A program made the position numbers and the translations under genes. Shown in pieces: positions 48,601-59,569 of a stretch of 62,000 bases of DNA. The number at the start of each line of letters is the position of its first letter. Within the stretch, counting starts at the first letter, position 1. A model generated the notes under the pieces. The model was not told the origin of the DNA and did no database searches. It was given only the letters and a program-made list of their open reading frames with translations. This DNA comes from Lama guanicoe (Eukaryota), in NCBI GenBank assembly GCA_013239625.1, contig MU054037.1, forward strand, positions 124,001 through 186,000, written 5' to 3'.

Positions 48601-51460
48601 GTTTAGCTCTGTTACTCTCCTCCTACCCATCCCACCACTCTCCTAATGTAGTTAACATCAAAATGTTTTATTAAATCAATGTTCAGTGTTTCATTATTAT
48701 GATTATATATTTATGTTGAGCCAAGTAGTTGAATTTTTGTGAAATGCTCATTCTTCCTGAAATTAATAATTACCTCATTTCATTTCTTTAGTTTTCTTTG
48801 AGCTAATGGCTAAGACTTCCCCCATACTCCAAAGCTCTATAAAATGCCCCTCGATGCAGTTTTCCAAACAGTTGAACTTGCCAATACTGTTACTTTTTCT
48901 ACTTTCCCTACATATTTTCTTCAAGGAGACCTCCATAACCTGATGTATAATGGACTAGTTACTGCCCCGCAGTTGTTATGGAACTTTCTTTTACTGTCAT
49001 CTTGGGGATTACCCTTGCTTCCTGCTTGTGTTAGAGTCATTGTTTACTAGACAGTACTTTATCATTTTTACTGCTTTACTCTTGTTTTGGTAGATCTCAA
49101 ATTCTTATAACCTCTTTGCTAAAGATAACTTTATTCAACCACCATTGTCATCATCATGATACATGATTGATCATTTGGCTAGGTATAAAATTCTCGATTG
49201 AAAATGACTTTCACTCACAGTTTTGAAAGCATCCTTCTAGTTTCCAGTACTGCTGTTCAGAAGCCATTTTAAGGTATTATTTTTACTCCTAGTAGTCTGA
49301 AGCTTCCACAATATTAGGCCTTGAGTGGGTTTTTTTTTCATCTTACCAAACAATTTATGAGGTTTTTTTACTCTTAAAACTCAGTTCTGATAAATTTCAA
49401 TTATTATTATATGTTTAATAATTTCCTCCCCACTGTTTTCTGTCCTCTCTTTTTGGAACTCTTGTTAATCTGATACAGGATCACTAGATTGATTCTCTAA
49501 TTCTTTTTCTTTTCTCTTATTGTCTACCTCTTTATCTTTTTGTTCTTTCTAGAAGAATTCCTCAACTTTGTCTTTTAGTCTTACTGAATTTCTTTATTTT
49601 GGCTATCATATTTTTAATATCTGAGAGCTCTTTCTTATTCTGTTTCTTTTTATAATATACTTTTCTTAAATATTTTTTAACAATTATTAAATTGTTAACA
49701 ATTAAACAGTTAAAATTTTTAACAATTTTAACAATGTAAAACCAGACTCTTCTATCATGAGGCTACTACCTCAGTTTTAACCACAGTTCTTCATGGGACT
49801 GTTTGTAGGTAGTTTAAATTTTGCCCTCCCCCCAAGGCTCTGAAATGAGTCAGAATAGCATACTAATTAAATCAAATCTTAGACAACACTGAACCCAAGG
49901 CTGAAAATTCATCCCCTATTCTATTTCCCATCCCAGACAAGCCATCCCAGTTTATAAAGCTCATCAGGCATTCTGAAATGAGATAAGTAACAAAATTAAC
50001 ACATTTTAGTAATGTCAACTGCAAAGATTTGCTCCAAAAATTGAATGTATATCTGTTCTCCAATATAAAGTTCCTAGGGAAAAATTAAAGTCCTAACAAT
50101 AAATCCTCTTTGAAGTTAAAGTCTAAAGAAAGTTTATTACTTATTCTTAAGTAATAAACTCCTCCCCATTTTCTTTGTCAGGTTAGTCTCAGCCAGTCTT
50201 CAATGCCTGGCTGGAACCAGGAGCCCCTCTGCAGCTTCAGCCTCAGCTGGCTGTCCTTGGAATGTACGTGGGTCTTTCAGTGCCACTGAAGTTACATTAG
50301 TTCCACTCCAAGTCCCACATGAGCTTTACTGTTTAAGAAAAAAAAGAACCCAAAGAGCTAATATGACATGTAAGATTATCACAGCACTGGCCCCACATTC
50401 ATTTATTTTAAAAACATCTGTAGAACGGTTATTCCAGGCAGAGATAACATGTGACATTAGAGCAAAGGAAGATAGATGGAGAAAATCTTCATTTCTGATT
50501 CAACAAGATAGTTACTTACTGCCATTGTAATAAAAAGTTTGCTTGGTAAGCACAGAGTCAGAACAAAGGGAATTCATTTTAGATAAACATGATTCCAGTC
50601 ATCAAGCTGCAACCATATCTACCAAAGCTACATCTGTTACATCAGATACTTGGATCAGCTTGACAGGGTCCCTTTTCCTGGGAGCATCTGTTTCATCTGA
50701 CTTGAATTGGTGGGTGGTTGTGAGGATCCTTTCTAACCCTGAGATTCTGTGAATCTGATGGGTTATTTATCTACATTGCTGAGTTCTTTGCTTTTTCCAT
50801 GAAGTTACACATTTCTTTCTACAATAGAAGAATGAATAGAATTGCCACTACTGCTTCCATTAGTACATGTGTACTGTTTCAGAGGCTGGAGCCTTCTGGG
50901 ACCTGGTAAGGGAGAGGTGCTAGATACATAATAGCAGGAGTTATGCAATCTGGCCTTTCTGGTATCAGGCAGCTCCCCAGTTGAGGGGAAGCTAGAGTCA
51001 GCTAAGTGTAACTGCTCACAGTTCTGGTGTCATGGACTGTTGCTAAGAAATTCATTTCCTTGTATCTCAATAGAAAGAGAACTACATAGGACCAATGTGG
51101 GAGGCACATCTTGCTTAGAGCAATTTGTTTTGAGTCTTTCTTCAGGGAAGAAATAATAGCAGTCAAATTGGAGGGCTTTGATGGGTGCCAAGCTCTGACC
51201 TGTCATGCACATTCTTTCTGCAGGATACCCAACATGAAACAGAAGTATCTTTGACAACTGTTGTGACCTTTGTGGACATTACCCAGAAGCCTGAGCCTCC
51301 AAGAGGCCAACCCAGAATGGACTGGAAATTGCCATTCGACTTCTTCTTTCCCTTCAAAGTGGCATTCAGCAGAGGAGCAGACTCTCAAAAAGGCTCAGTC
51401 TCTCCCCTTCTTATCCTGTGTCTCTTACTACTTGGAGTTCTCAACCTAGAGACTAAGTGA
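27443..51460 (+). CDS. TCTN3: Tectonic-3, a ciliary transition-zone protein; spliced 14-exon CDS of 1827 nt / 608 aa
   Basis: Exons assemble in frame with GT-AG introns; signal peptide, Cys-rich [27 protein letters not shown] motif and hydrophobic C-terminus match human TCTN3. Confidence 0.98.
27871..27994 (+). CDS. TCTN3: TCTN3 exon 2 (124 nt)
   Basis: TTTCATAG|; [42 protein letters not shown]; |GTGAGC. Confidence 0.97.
28309..28427 (+). CDS. TCTN3: TCTN3 exon 3 (119 nt)
   Basis: CCTCACAG|; [39 protein letters not shown]; |GTGAGT. Confidence 0.97.
28850..29030 (+). mobile_element. MIR SINE (TCTN3 intron 3)
   Basis: CTTGGACAGATCA...TTTCTCAACTGCAAAATGAG core-like. Confidence 0.5.
30225..30440. 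mobile_element. MER5-like hAT-Charlie relics
   Basis: GACCAGCAGCATTAGCATCACC; ATTCTGACTCAGTAGGTCTGG; ACCACATTTTGAGTAAC. Confidence 0.6.
31527..31654 (+). CDS. TCTN3: TCTN3 exon 4 (128 nt)
   Basis: TTTTAG|; [43 protein letters not shown]; |GTGAGC. Confidence 0.96.
31895..32003 (+). CDS. TCTN3: TCTN3 exon 5 (109 nt)
   Basis: GTTTAG|; [36 protein letters not shown]; |GTGAGT. Confidence 0.96.
32083..32198 (+). CDS. TCTN3: TCTN3 exon 6 (116 nt)
   Basis: TCTAAG|; [39 protein letters not shown]; |GTGGGT. Confidence 0.96.
32711..32746 (+). CDS. TCTN3: TCTN3 exon 7 (36 nt)
   Basis: CGCTAG|; [12 protein letters not shown] (human VPRSMTDPQNME); |GTATGA. Confidence 0.92.
33331..33411 (+). CDS. TCTN3: TCTN3 exon 8 (81 nt)
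   Basis: TTCTAG|; [27 protein letters not shown]; |GTAGGG. Confidence 0.95.
34154..34376 (-). mobile_element. L1 3' end with TSD (TCTN3 intron 8)
   Basis: 15-bp TSD CCCTCATCCAGTTAT (34139-34153) and CCCTCATTCAGTTAT (34377-34391); L1 3' UTR motifs. Confidence 0.82.
34483..34608 (+). CDS. TCTN3: TCTN3 exon 9 (126 nt)
   Basis: TTTCAG|; [42 protein letters not shown]; |GTTAGG. Confidence 0.96.
35473..35580 (+). CDS. TCTN3: TCTN3 exon 10 (108 nt)
   Basis: CTACAG|; [36 protein letters not shown]; |GTATCT. Confidence 0.95.
36009..36103 (+). CDS. TCTN3: TCTN3 exon 11 (95 nt)
   Basis: TCTCAG|; [31 protein letters not shown]; |GTAATT. Confidence 0.96.
36389..36542 (+). CDS. TCTN3: TCTN3 exon 12 (154 nt)
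   Basis: TTTCAG|; [52 protein letters not shown]; |GTAAGG. Confidence 0.96.
37240..38250 (-). mobile_element. Old L1 (L1ME-like) fragment
   Basis: Antisense L1 motifs (CCTAGAAGTAGAACTGCTAGATCAAA, GGTTGTACCAATTTAC). Confidence 0.65.
38620..38850 (+). mobile_element. L1 ORF2 3' fragment
   Basis: AACATGAAAGATATTCAACATCATTAG...GGGAAATGCAAAACCACAA...TTTGGAAAACAGTTTG. Confidence 0.7.
39396..39533 (+). CDS. TCTN3: TCTN3 exon 13 (138 nt)
   Basis: CTGCAG|; [46 protein letters not shown]; |GTAAGT. Confidence 0.97.
42625..42747 (+). mobile_element. Vic-1-like camelid SINE
   Basis: GGGGAGGATATAGCTCAGTGGTAGAG...GGTTCAATCCCCTGTACCTCC...poly-A. Confidence 0.88.
44253..44829 (-). mobile_element. Solo ERV1-type LTR (TCTN3 intron 13)
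   Basis: Starts TGTAAC; GGTGGAAAGGAAAGTTGCTTTTAATCAG (minus-strand ATTAAA) resembles ERV1 LTRs; far end degenerate and no clear TSD. Confidence 0.6.
44880..46565 (+). mobile_element. Old L1 (L1MB-like) ORF2 3' half and 3' UTR
   Basis: Degenerate ORF2 peptides ([32 protein letters not shown]); terminal TTGTATATAAATTATATCCTAATAAAAAA. Confidence 0.85.
47685..47995 (-). mobile_element. L2 3' fragment
   Basis: ATTCATT...TTTACTGAGTGCCTACC...TGCTAGG antisense L2 tail. Confidence 0.55.
48410..49660 (-). mobile_element. Very old L1 fragments
   Basis: T-rich antisense L1 motifs (TTTGGCTAGGTATAAAATTCTCG); boundaries approximate. Confidence 0.45.
51224..51460 (+). CDS. TCTN3: TCTN3 exon 14 coding part (237 nt including TGA)
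   Basis: CTGCAG|; [23 protein letters not shown]...[11 protein letters not shown]...[17 protein letters not shown]. Confidence 0.97.
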   Translation, partial: DTQHETEVSLTTVVTFVDITQKPEPPRGQPRMDWKLPFDFFFPFKVAFSRGADSQKGSVSPLLILCLLLLGVLNLETK

Positions 51461-51630
51461 AAAAAAGAGAAGAATCAGATTTCGGTTTTCCCTGTGGGAA
51501 GTTCTGAGACAGCCTGCTTATCTTGGCTAAACAGGTTCTCACCTGCTCATGACCAGAGGAGAGCATTTAGGATAACAGAGGACCTAACTAAAGGAATCTT
51601 GGTATACGAAAGAAGGGATTTTAGGAAAGC

Positions 51631-51636
51631 AATAAA
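51631..51636 (+). terminator. Probable TCTN3 polyadenylation signal
   Basis: First AATAAA after the stop, 170 nt downstream. Confidence 0.7.
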
Positions 51637-53694
51637 AATATTTTATTCATCACAGCTGTCTGCTTAGGATTCTGCAGACCACCAGGTACACACTAGATTT
51701 TCTATTTCTCAAACAGGAAACAATGCAAAGAACCCTTCTTCTGGCCCTGCAGGTTGTGTTGTTTCTGACTAAAGGTTTGCAGGATCTTCATCCGTCCACT
51801 CACAGGCACACTTGGGCCCAGCATTAAAAGGAACATGCTACTGTGTGCCCAGGTGAACTCAGGAATAGCTGCCCTCGACTTCAGAGAGAACAGACAGCTG
51901 GTGGCTGTATATTTTGTTTGGCTCCTCCCCACTCCCTCAGGTCACACTCTGCCCAGGCATGGTGGGGAAAAAGTCCTTTCTTCTCAGTTTCAGTGGAAAT
52001 CCAGCCCCCTCTGCTACTAGCAAATGACTCTGCCACTCATTTCTGGTCCTCCCCTCCATTGTGGTGAGGACAAGTAAAGCTGATCGAGAGCTTTATTGTA
52101 CTAATTCCAGCCGCACATAGAAGTTAAGTGATATGTGGTCTGCTGCATGAGTGTTTTCTTATATATGTGAAGGCTTTTAAAAAAGGAAAAAACTTCTATA
52201 CATAGCACAACAGCATTTAAATCAAGCGACTTGAGTTCTTTTCCTGGGCGATACACTCTGGAGACTTCAATTGTGTGGCACTGACATGAATAGTGAATGC
52301 AGCAGGAAATCTGTTTTTCCAACATAAGACAATAGCAGCTTTAAAGGGCAATGCAGGCAGGCATGTTTGGGCCCTACCTGCATGACCAACTCAGAGAATC
52401 TGGCTTGCAGAGAAAACTACTTAAAAAGGTAATTTCCTGTTATTCTTGGGTGAAGAGGAATTAGTTGGGAATTATTATAGGCAACCTGAAAAGCAGGAAG
52501 CATAAAAAGGTGTAGGCCAGAGCAAAATCATACTATCCTTAAAATTAAGGCAAAATTTTGATGGAAGGTGTGTCATTTCTAATTGTCTTAACTTTTAATC
52601 CCTTTTATAAAAAAGAACAGAATGTAAAGAATAGGATATAATAGAATAATTAACTCTAGTGAAAATAGAATTGAGCACCTATTCTGAAACACAGAATTGT
52701 TAGGATACAGCCCCTTGGTGAGCTGACAGTTTAGTGGGGGAAGACTGATGTGTGACATAGGAGACACTTCTGCTGAGAGAAACAGTGTGGCCTATACTAG
52801 TAAGGCGCAAGCTTTGAGGAGGTGGTGGGATTGGAGCTGAAAATGACAGGGTAGGACTGGGAGAGGAGAAGGTGACGCCAGGAGCCAAGAACAACCTGGG
52901 TGAAGGCTCAGAGGCCCCTGTTGAAGTGACTGTGGTAGAAACACTGAATGGGCAAAATAGGCACTAAGATGGGATAAGTAAGATGGGCGCTCAGTATATG
53001 GGGGCTTGAAAGCCAGGCAGAGAGAACTGGGAGATAGTCTATTTTCTGACCAACTTCCACAACATATTAATGATCTGAATTTAAAACTGCTTTTTAATAA
53101 TAAAGCATATAGTTCCCTGGTGGTAAAAATTTTTTTTATTTAAAAATTTAAAAACAAATAATAAAGCATATACTTAGTTATAATAAATCCTGCTTCATGA
53201 GCAGAAAATACTAATTGTAAATGCTATATCTGATGGGTTTATCATTTAGCTGCATTCCAAAGTACCTCAAAGTAACCTACTTCCCCAGAATGAAGTGACA
53301 AAGTTCCTGTAGCAGTTGTTACTAACCTAGGAGAAACTGTTTCTGTATAAGGGAGATTCTGCACAAGGGGAGTTGGGAGCTGTGAAGCTGATGGCTGGGT
53401 TCCCACCAAAGTCTGTTACATAGATGTTATTTAATTCAGCAACCTTACTCCAAGGAGACCTGTGCTAAAACTGACCACAAAGCAATTAGAATATTTAGGT
53501 TCTCCAGTTTGGGCTTCTTAAAAGGAACTAAACTTATGTGACAACTCATCCTAAATTACAGGGTTGGAGACATCTAATCCACTCCCAACAGCCTAAGAGT
53601 CCTTTTCAGAGTCCAGTCCTTTTCCTCCTTTATGTAAATGCTTATTCCTGTGCCCAAGTGCTATGAAATCATTCTATGCCTTAACAAAAAACTT

Positions 53695-54285
53695 AGATCT
53701 CAACTACAATTCACATACCATAAAATTCACCCTTTTAAAGTGTACAGTTAAGTGGTTTTTAGTATATTTGGTGTTATGTAGCCATCACCAATAATTCCAG
53801 ATCATTTTCATCTCCCTAAAAAGAAACCCCCTGCTGATAAGCAGTCACTTCCCATTTACCCTTTCCCCCTAGTTTCCAGCAGTCACTAATCTACTTTCTG
53901 TCTCTATAGATTTGCCAACTTTGAACATATCATGTAAATAGAATCAAAAAACACTTCTGTGCCTGGCTTTTGCGTAATATTTTCAAGGTTCATCCATGTT
54001 GCAGCATGGATCAGAACTTCATTCCTTTTATGGCTGAATAATATTCTATTATATCAATATGCCACATTTGGGTTGTTCCTACTTTTTTGGTAATTATGAC
54101 TAATGCTGCTATGAACATTCAGATATAAGTGTTTGTATGAATTTTTGTTTTTATTTATCTTTAGTATATAACTAGGAGTGGAATTGCTGGGCAGCATGGT
54201 AACTCTGTGTTTAATTTATTGAGGAACTGCCAAAGTACTTTCCAAAGTGACTGCACCATTTTACAATCCCACTAGCAGTATATGG
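53695..54285 (-). mobile_element. L1MB-like 3' end
   Basis: AATTCACATACCATAAAATTCACCCTTTTAAAGTGTACA...GGAGTGGAATTGCTGGG. Confidence 0.8.
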
Positions 54286-54309
54286 GGATTCTTTTTCTTA
54301 AGCATTTTT

Positions 54310-54461
54310 TAGTTTCTGTTTTGCTTTTTGTGCGGTTTGGGGGTGGAAATTAGGTTTATTTATTTATTTACTTAATATACACAGAGGTACTGGGGATTGA
54401 ACCCAGGACCTCATGCATACTAAGCACACATTCTACCACTGAGCTATACCCTCCCCTAAAA
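54310..54461 (-). mobile_element. Vic-1-like camelid SINE with long TSD
   Basis: Antisense GAGGTACTGGGGATTGAACCCAGGACC...GAGCTATACCCTCCCC; flanked by 28-bp direct repeats. Confidence 0.88.
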
Positions 54462-54864
54462 ATGGGAATTTTTTCTCTTAAGCATTTTTCATTTTTATAA
54501 TCAGAAAATGAAACTATTAAAAAATATTTGTGCACCAGAAAAAACCTCCCTGTTTATTGTATGTAGAAATGTTTCTTATTTATGAGTAACTTCCCATTTC
54601 TATTGATGTATTTGTTTGACATTCTGGGCCAGCGTTTTAAATCAGCATTTCCTAAAGGCCAGTCACATCATAATCTGGAGTGCTTTATAAAAATACTGAT
54701 TCCTGGTTCCTGCCCATAGATATTCTGATTCCCTGGTGGCAGAAGGGGCTCTAAGAATCTGTGTCTTTTAAAAGCCTTCCTGGTGCTTCTGATGTCAGCC
54801 TGGTCTATGAAACTACCAAGTGATGTTGCATAGTGTGGCTGAAATTGGTTTCATTTAAGTGTTT

Positions 54865-55395
54865 GTCCTGTCATTGCCAACTCATGTAGTATGTCTACCA
54901 GCCTGGCCTTTTCCCTGAGAATCCCATCACACACAGCTCGCTGAAGGGGTGAGCCCAGCCTCCATGTTCTTGTCTGCATGCCCTCCTCTTCCTGCCACCA
55001 CTGACTAGACCAAAAATGGAGTCCTGGACTAAGTAAGGCCAGTAAGATTTTCTCTCTGGGAATCTGAAACTGGGACCAAGTCTAAAAGTCAGTCAGGAGT
55101 AGACACCAAAGAGATTTTAGGGATGAGTAAGCCATTTTCCACCAGCTGTTCACTAATGAAGAGTCTAACTTAAAAGAAGGGGAAAAAAAAGGAGCAAATG
55201 TGTGGAGAGCTGTCAATAGGAAACCCAGAGATGGAGAGTAGTCTTGGTTCCCAGCTTCCAATTCCTTGTACCCACCTCTTACGAGATCTAATTTTACCTC
55301 CCACTCTCAGAGACTATGAGTTACTCCTTATAGTAAATTGCCTTGTTTAAATAAGTTTCTGTCACTAACAATTAAAGAAACTGAGACTAAGATAG
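54865..55395 (+). mobile_element. Old ERVL-type LTR (LTR16/33-like)
   Basis: AAGATTTTCTCTCTGGGAATCTGAAACTGG...TTTCTGTCACTAACAA...GACTAAGATA. Confidence 0.45.
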
Positions 55396-57237
55396 CTTTA
55401 ACCTAGTACTCTATGGTGTGTAAGGAAGCAGTCTTCAATCCTGTATCCTTACAGTCCACTTCTGAATAGTCCACTTCCTACGTGACTTTCTGTTCACGTC
55501 CAGCCCTATTTCCATTTGCTGAGACAAAATTTAAATCCCTCCAATCAAAAAGGAAGCACTTAAAAAATAACCACATACAAGAAAGACACCATGGCTGAAT
55601 TATTTCCTTGATTTCTGTGGAAAGGTAACTAGCTTGTAATTCTGGTATTCCATTTTTCCCAATCCATAGTCACATATCTCCCACTCCTTTCTCCTTACTG
55701 GTGGAGTAGAATATTAATCGTGGAATAGTAATGAAAATAAAATAATAGTAGTAAACAAATAGAAAATGTTTCAACAACGTTAAAGGGTATTCATATTTGG
55801 TCTTCTTAACAACCGTATAGACAGGTATATGTAGAATATACACTATAGAATATAGGCAAGTATTGAAGATAGATAAGGACAGTGTTATTATCCCATTTCT
55901 TATATGAGAAAACTAAGCCCTTATTTGTTTTTATCCTTATTTTTTACTTGAGAAAACTAAGAAATTAAATTCATTCATCTATCAAATGTTTTTTGTCTAT
56001 TATGTGCCAGGAATATGCTTTCCTGCTTTCAGGAGCTTATATTCTAGCAGGGAAGGCAGACAAACAATTACCATATATGCGTTAAGGACACATTAAGAGC
56101 AAAACAAGACTTCCTGAGTGGAGAAAGCCTCTGTCCCCAATGGCTTTAGCTATACCCACAGTTACCTATTTTGTTGTACGTTCATGGTGAGAACCTCAAA
56201 AGCTCAATTACCCCATGAAACTACTGGAGGGCAGTTTTTGTATCCCCTACCCTACTTTAAATCCAAAGTCTCAAAACAACACATGTTGGGAGGTTCTCAT
56301 TCCTTCACCCAAAAGAATTGCTCCCCTCATCTCTTTGCTAACCCTGTATTGCAGCACCACCGGGTTTGTAAGTAGCCCTCCTTGTCCCTCACCGCCCCAC
56401 TTTCAAGTAGTGAGCTCTGTCCTTTATGCTCCCATGCCCTGCTGGAGCCTTTTCCCGAGCCATTATTTCTTACTTGAACCTCTGCAATAGGCTAACCAAG
56501 CTCCCACCTTCTACCCCTCTTCACTGATTTCAGACACACAAATCTGATCATGCCATTCCAGTACTTTGAAAGTTCATGGTTACCCACACACCTACAGTCA
56601 GTTAATCTTCAACAAAGGAGGCAACAGTATACAATGGAGAAAAGACAGTCTCTTTGGCAAGTGGTATTGGGAAAACTGGACAGCTGCATGTAAATCAATG
56701 AAGTTATAACACTCCCTCGCACTATACACAATAAACTCAAAGTGGCTTAAAAACTTAAATATAGGACAGGATACCATAAATCTCCTAGAAGAAAACGTAG
56801 GCAAGACATTCTTTGATGTAAATAGTGGCAATGTTTTCCTAAGTCAGTCTCCCAAGGCAATAGAAACAAAAGCAAACATAAACAAATGGGACCTAATCAA
56901 ACTTAAAAGCTTTTGCACAGCAAAGGAGACCATAAACAAAAAGAAAAGACAACCTACAAACTGGGAGAAAATATTTGCAAACAATGCGACTGACAAGGGC
57001 TAAATTTCCAGGATATACAAGCAGTTCAAACAACTTAATAACAAAAAAACAAACAACCCAATAAAAAAAATGGGCAAGACCTACATAGACATTTCCCCAA
57101 AGAAGATATACAGATGACCAATAGGCACATGAAAAGATGCTCAATATCACTAATTCTCAGAGAAATGCAAATCAAAACTACAATGAGGTACCACTTCACA
57201 TGGGTCAGAATGGTCATCCTTAAAAAGTTCACAAACA

Positions 57238-57498
57238 GACATAGAATACAAACTTGTGGTTGCCAAAGGGGTAGAGGGTGGGAAGGGATAGACAGGATTT
57301 CAAAATTGTAGAATAGATAAACAAGATTATACTGTATAGCACAGGGAAATACACACTAGATCTTATGGTAGCTCACAGAGAAAAAATGTGACAATGAATA
57401 TATATATATATATGTTCATGTATAACTGAAAAATTGTGCTCTACACTGGAATTTGACACAACATTGTAAAATGATTATAAATCAATAAAAAATGTTTA
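57238..57498 (+). mobile_element. Younger L1 3' UTR nested in the older L1
   Basis: 16-bp TSD AAAAAGTTCACAAACA (57222-57237) and AAAAAGTCCACAAACA (57499-57514); closely matches the reverse complement of 8080-8340. Confidence 0.88.
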
Positions 57499-57789
57499 AA
57501 AAAGTCCACAAACAATAAATGCTGGAGAGGGCGTGGAGAAAAGGGAATCCTCCTACACTGTTGGTGGGAATTTGGTGCAGCCATTACAGAAAACAGCATG
57601 GAGATCCCTTAAAAAACAAAAAAGTTACCATATGATCCATATGATCCAGACCCACTCCTGGTGGAGAAAACTCTAATTTGAAAAGATACATGCACCACAA
57701 TGTTCATAGCAGCACTATTTATAATACCCAAGACATGGAAACAACTTAAATGTCCATCGACAGACAATTGGATAAAGAAGTTGTGTTAT

Positions 57790-57850
57790 ATATGTGTATG
57801 TATGTATACATACACACACACATACACATATATTCCATTGTGCGCGCGCG

Positions 57851-57888
<38 letters not shown>
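57790..57888. repeat. Compound (TA/TG/CA/CG)n microsatellite
   Basis: Direct reading: TGTGCGCGCGCGTGCGCGCA(CA)n plus upstream TATG/TACA units. Confidence 0.95.
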
Positions 57889-57890
<2 letters not shown>

Positions 57891-58229
57891 AATACTACTG
57901 AGCCATAAAAAAGGATGAAATAATGCCATTTGCAGCAACATGGATGGACCTAGAGATTATCATACTAAGTGAAGTGAGACAGAAAGACAAATATGTGATA
58001 TCACTTAGATGTGGAATCTAAAAAATGAAAAAGATGAACTTATTTACAAAGCAGAAACAGACTCACAGAAGTAGAAAGCAAACTTATGGTTATCAAAGGA
58101 GAAGGAAGGGAAGGATAAATTAGGAGTTTGGAGTTTGCAGATACACATAAAACAGATAAACAACAAGGTCCTACTGTATAGCGCAGGGAACTATGTTCAG
58201 TATCTTATAATAACCTCTAATGAAAAAGA

Positions 58230-58272
58230 ATATATATATATATGTGTGTATATATATATAATATATATATAT
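58230..58272. repeat. (TA)n microsatellite
   Basis: Direct reading. Confidence 0.9.
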
Positions 58273-58611
58273 CTCACTGAATCACTATGCTGTACACCAG
58301 AAACGAATACAACATTGTAAATCAACTATATTTCAATTTTAAAAATGAAATAATTTAAAAAGTAAAAATTAAAAAGTCATGGTTCTCTATCTTTGAGGAT
58401 AGATAAAATTCAAACCTTTAACATGGCACAGAAATTTTGCAAAGTGCCCCCCACCTCCACCTCACCAAACACCTCTCCTGTTGTGTTCCACATGCAGCCT
58501 CTCTTCATAAGGTGTCTCATGCCTCTGCATATTCCATTCCCTCTTCCTCCTGTGATTCTGCTCACCTCTTCTAGGTGAACTACTTACTTCCTGTCCTTCA
58601 AAGCACAATTC

Positions 58612-58834
58612 GAGGTCCTCGGTTCAATCCTCAGTACCGCCATCAAAAAACAAACAAATAAATAAACCTAGTTACCTCCCCCCAATAATAAAGCTGACTA
58701 TCAAGTTACTTAAACAATGAAAAAAACTAACTTAGGAAAACTAAGACAAAAATAACAAAAATATAGGAAAACTGCTTATTTAAGAAATAAATATATGGAA
58801 TAAATTATTTTTAAAAATTAACGAACTATCAAAA
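58612..58834 (+). mobile_element. 5'-truncated Vic-1-like SINE with extended 3' tail
   Basis: GAGGTCCTCGGTTCAATCCTCAGTACC...AAACCTAGTTACCTCCCCCC, then ~150 bp extra; perfect 12-bp TSD AAAGCACAATTC (58600-58611 and 58835-58846). Confidence 0.85.
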
Positions 58835-59569
58835 AAAGCACAATTCTAATATCTACTCTTTTTAAAGCCTGGCCTGAATTCCTGGGGACCTCCTCCTCTA
58901 GCATCAATCACATTGTGTTGTAATCATTTGCTCACATATCTGTCTCTCCCCACAAGGCTATAAACTCATCTAGGGACGGGACTATGTCTTCCTCCAAACC
59001 TAAGGAATGCCTGGTACATAAACAGCCAGAGTTTAACGAATGAGGGAATGAATAAACAGGCTCAGCGATGTTATTAGGGACTACTACACAAGGGGCAGGA
59101 TGCCTTCCTCGCAACCCACCTCCACTCAAGTGCTCTGCCCACCCCACCCCGCCACATGCCCAGCGTGCCCAGCATTAGGTCTGTGCCTATGCAGGAACAT
59201 GCCCTTTGAAGAAAACACAGCAAGTAGGAAAGAGGGAGAGAGTCTGAGTTCGAATTTTAAGGGTGGATCCACATTCGCCTTTGGAATAGTTCCAATTGTC
59301 AGGTATTAAATACAACTCTTTTTATATAGTATTCTCACCAATGCCCTTACTGAAGGAAAGGTGGCCTGGGACTCTTGGGGAAACCTCCAGGCGACTGGGG
59401 GTCAAATCATTTTATCGCAGTCTGAAAATATTCTCATTTAAACACACGTTTGTCTGGAGTGTGGGATCCTCAAATATGTGCAAATTGACCCAACCTAGTT
59501 CTCAGGTGTGCCTTGGATATAATGGCCAACACTGACAAACACAGTGTGGGATCTACCAGCTATTGAAGG

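Larger units (their letters stand above)
56582..58372 (+). mobile_element. 5'-truncated L1 (ORF2 C-terminus and 3' UTR) inserted in an L2
   Basis: ORF2 peptides (HMKRCSISLILREMQIKTTMRYH; MFIAALF...KTWKQLKCPS); TSD AAAGTTCATGGTT (56569-56581) and AAAGTCATGGTT (58373-58384). Confidence 0.92.

Noticed and set aside
49672..49738. Short TAACAAT repeats and palindromes; similar small tandem duplications at 37119-37168 and 48320-48375
   Set aside because: AT-rich slippage products without constant repeat/spacer structure; not CRISPR-like
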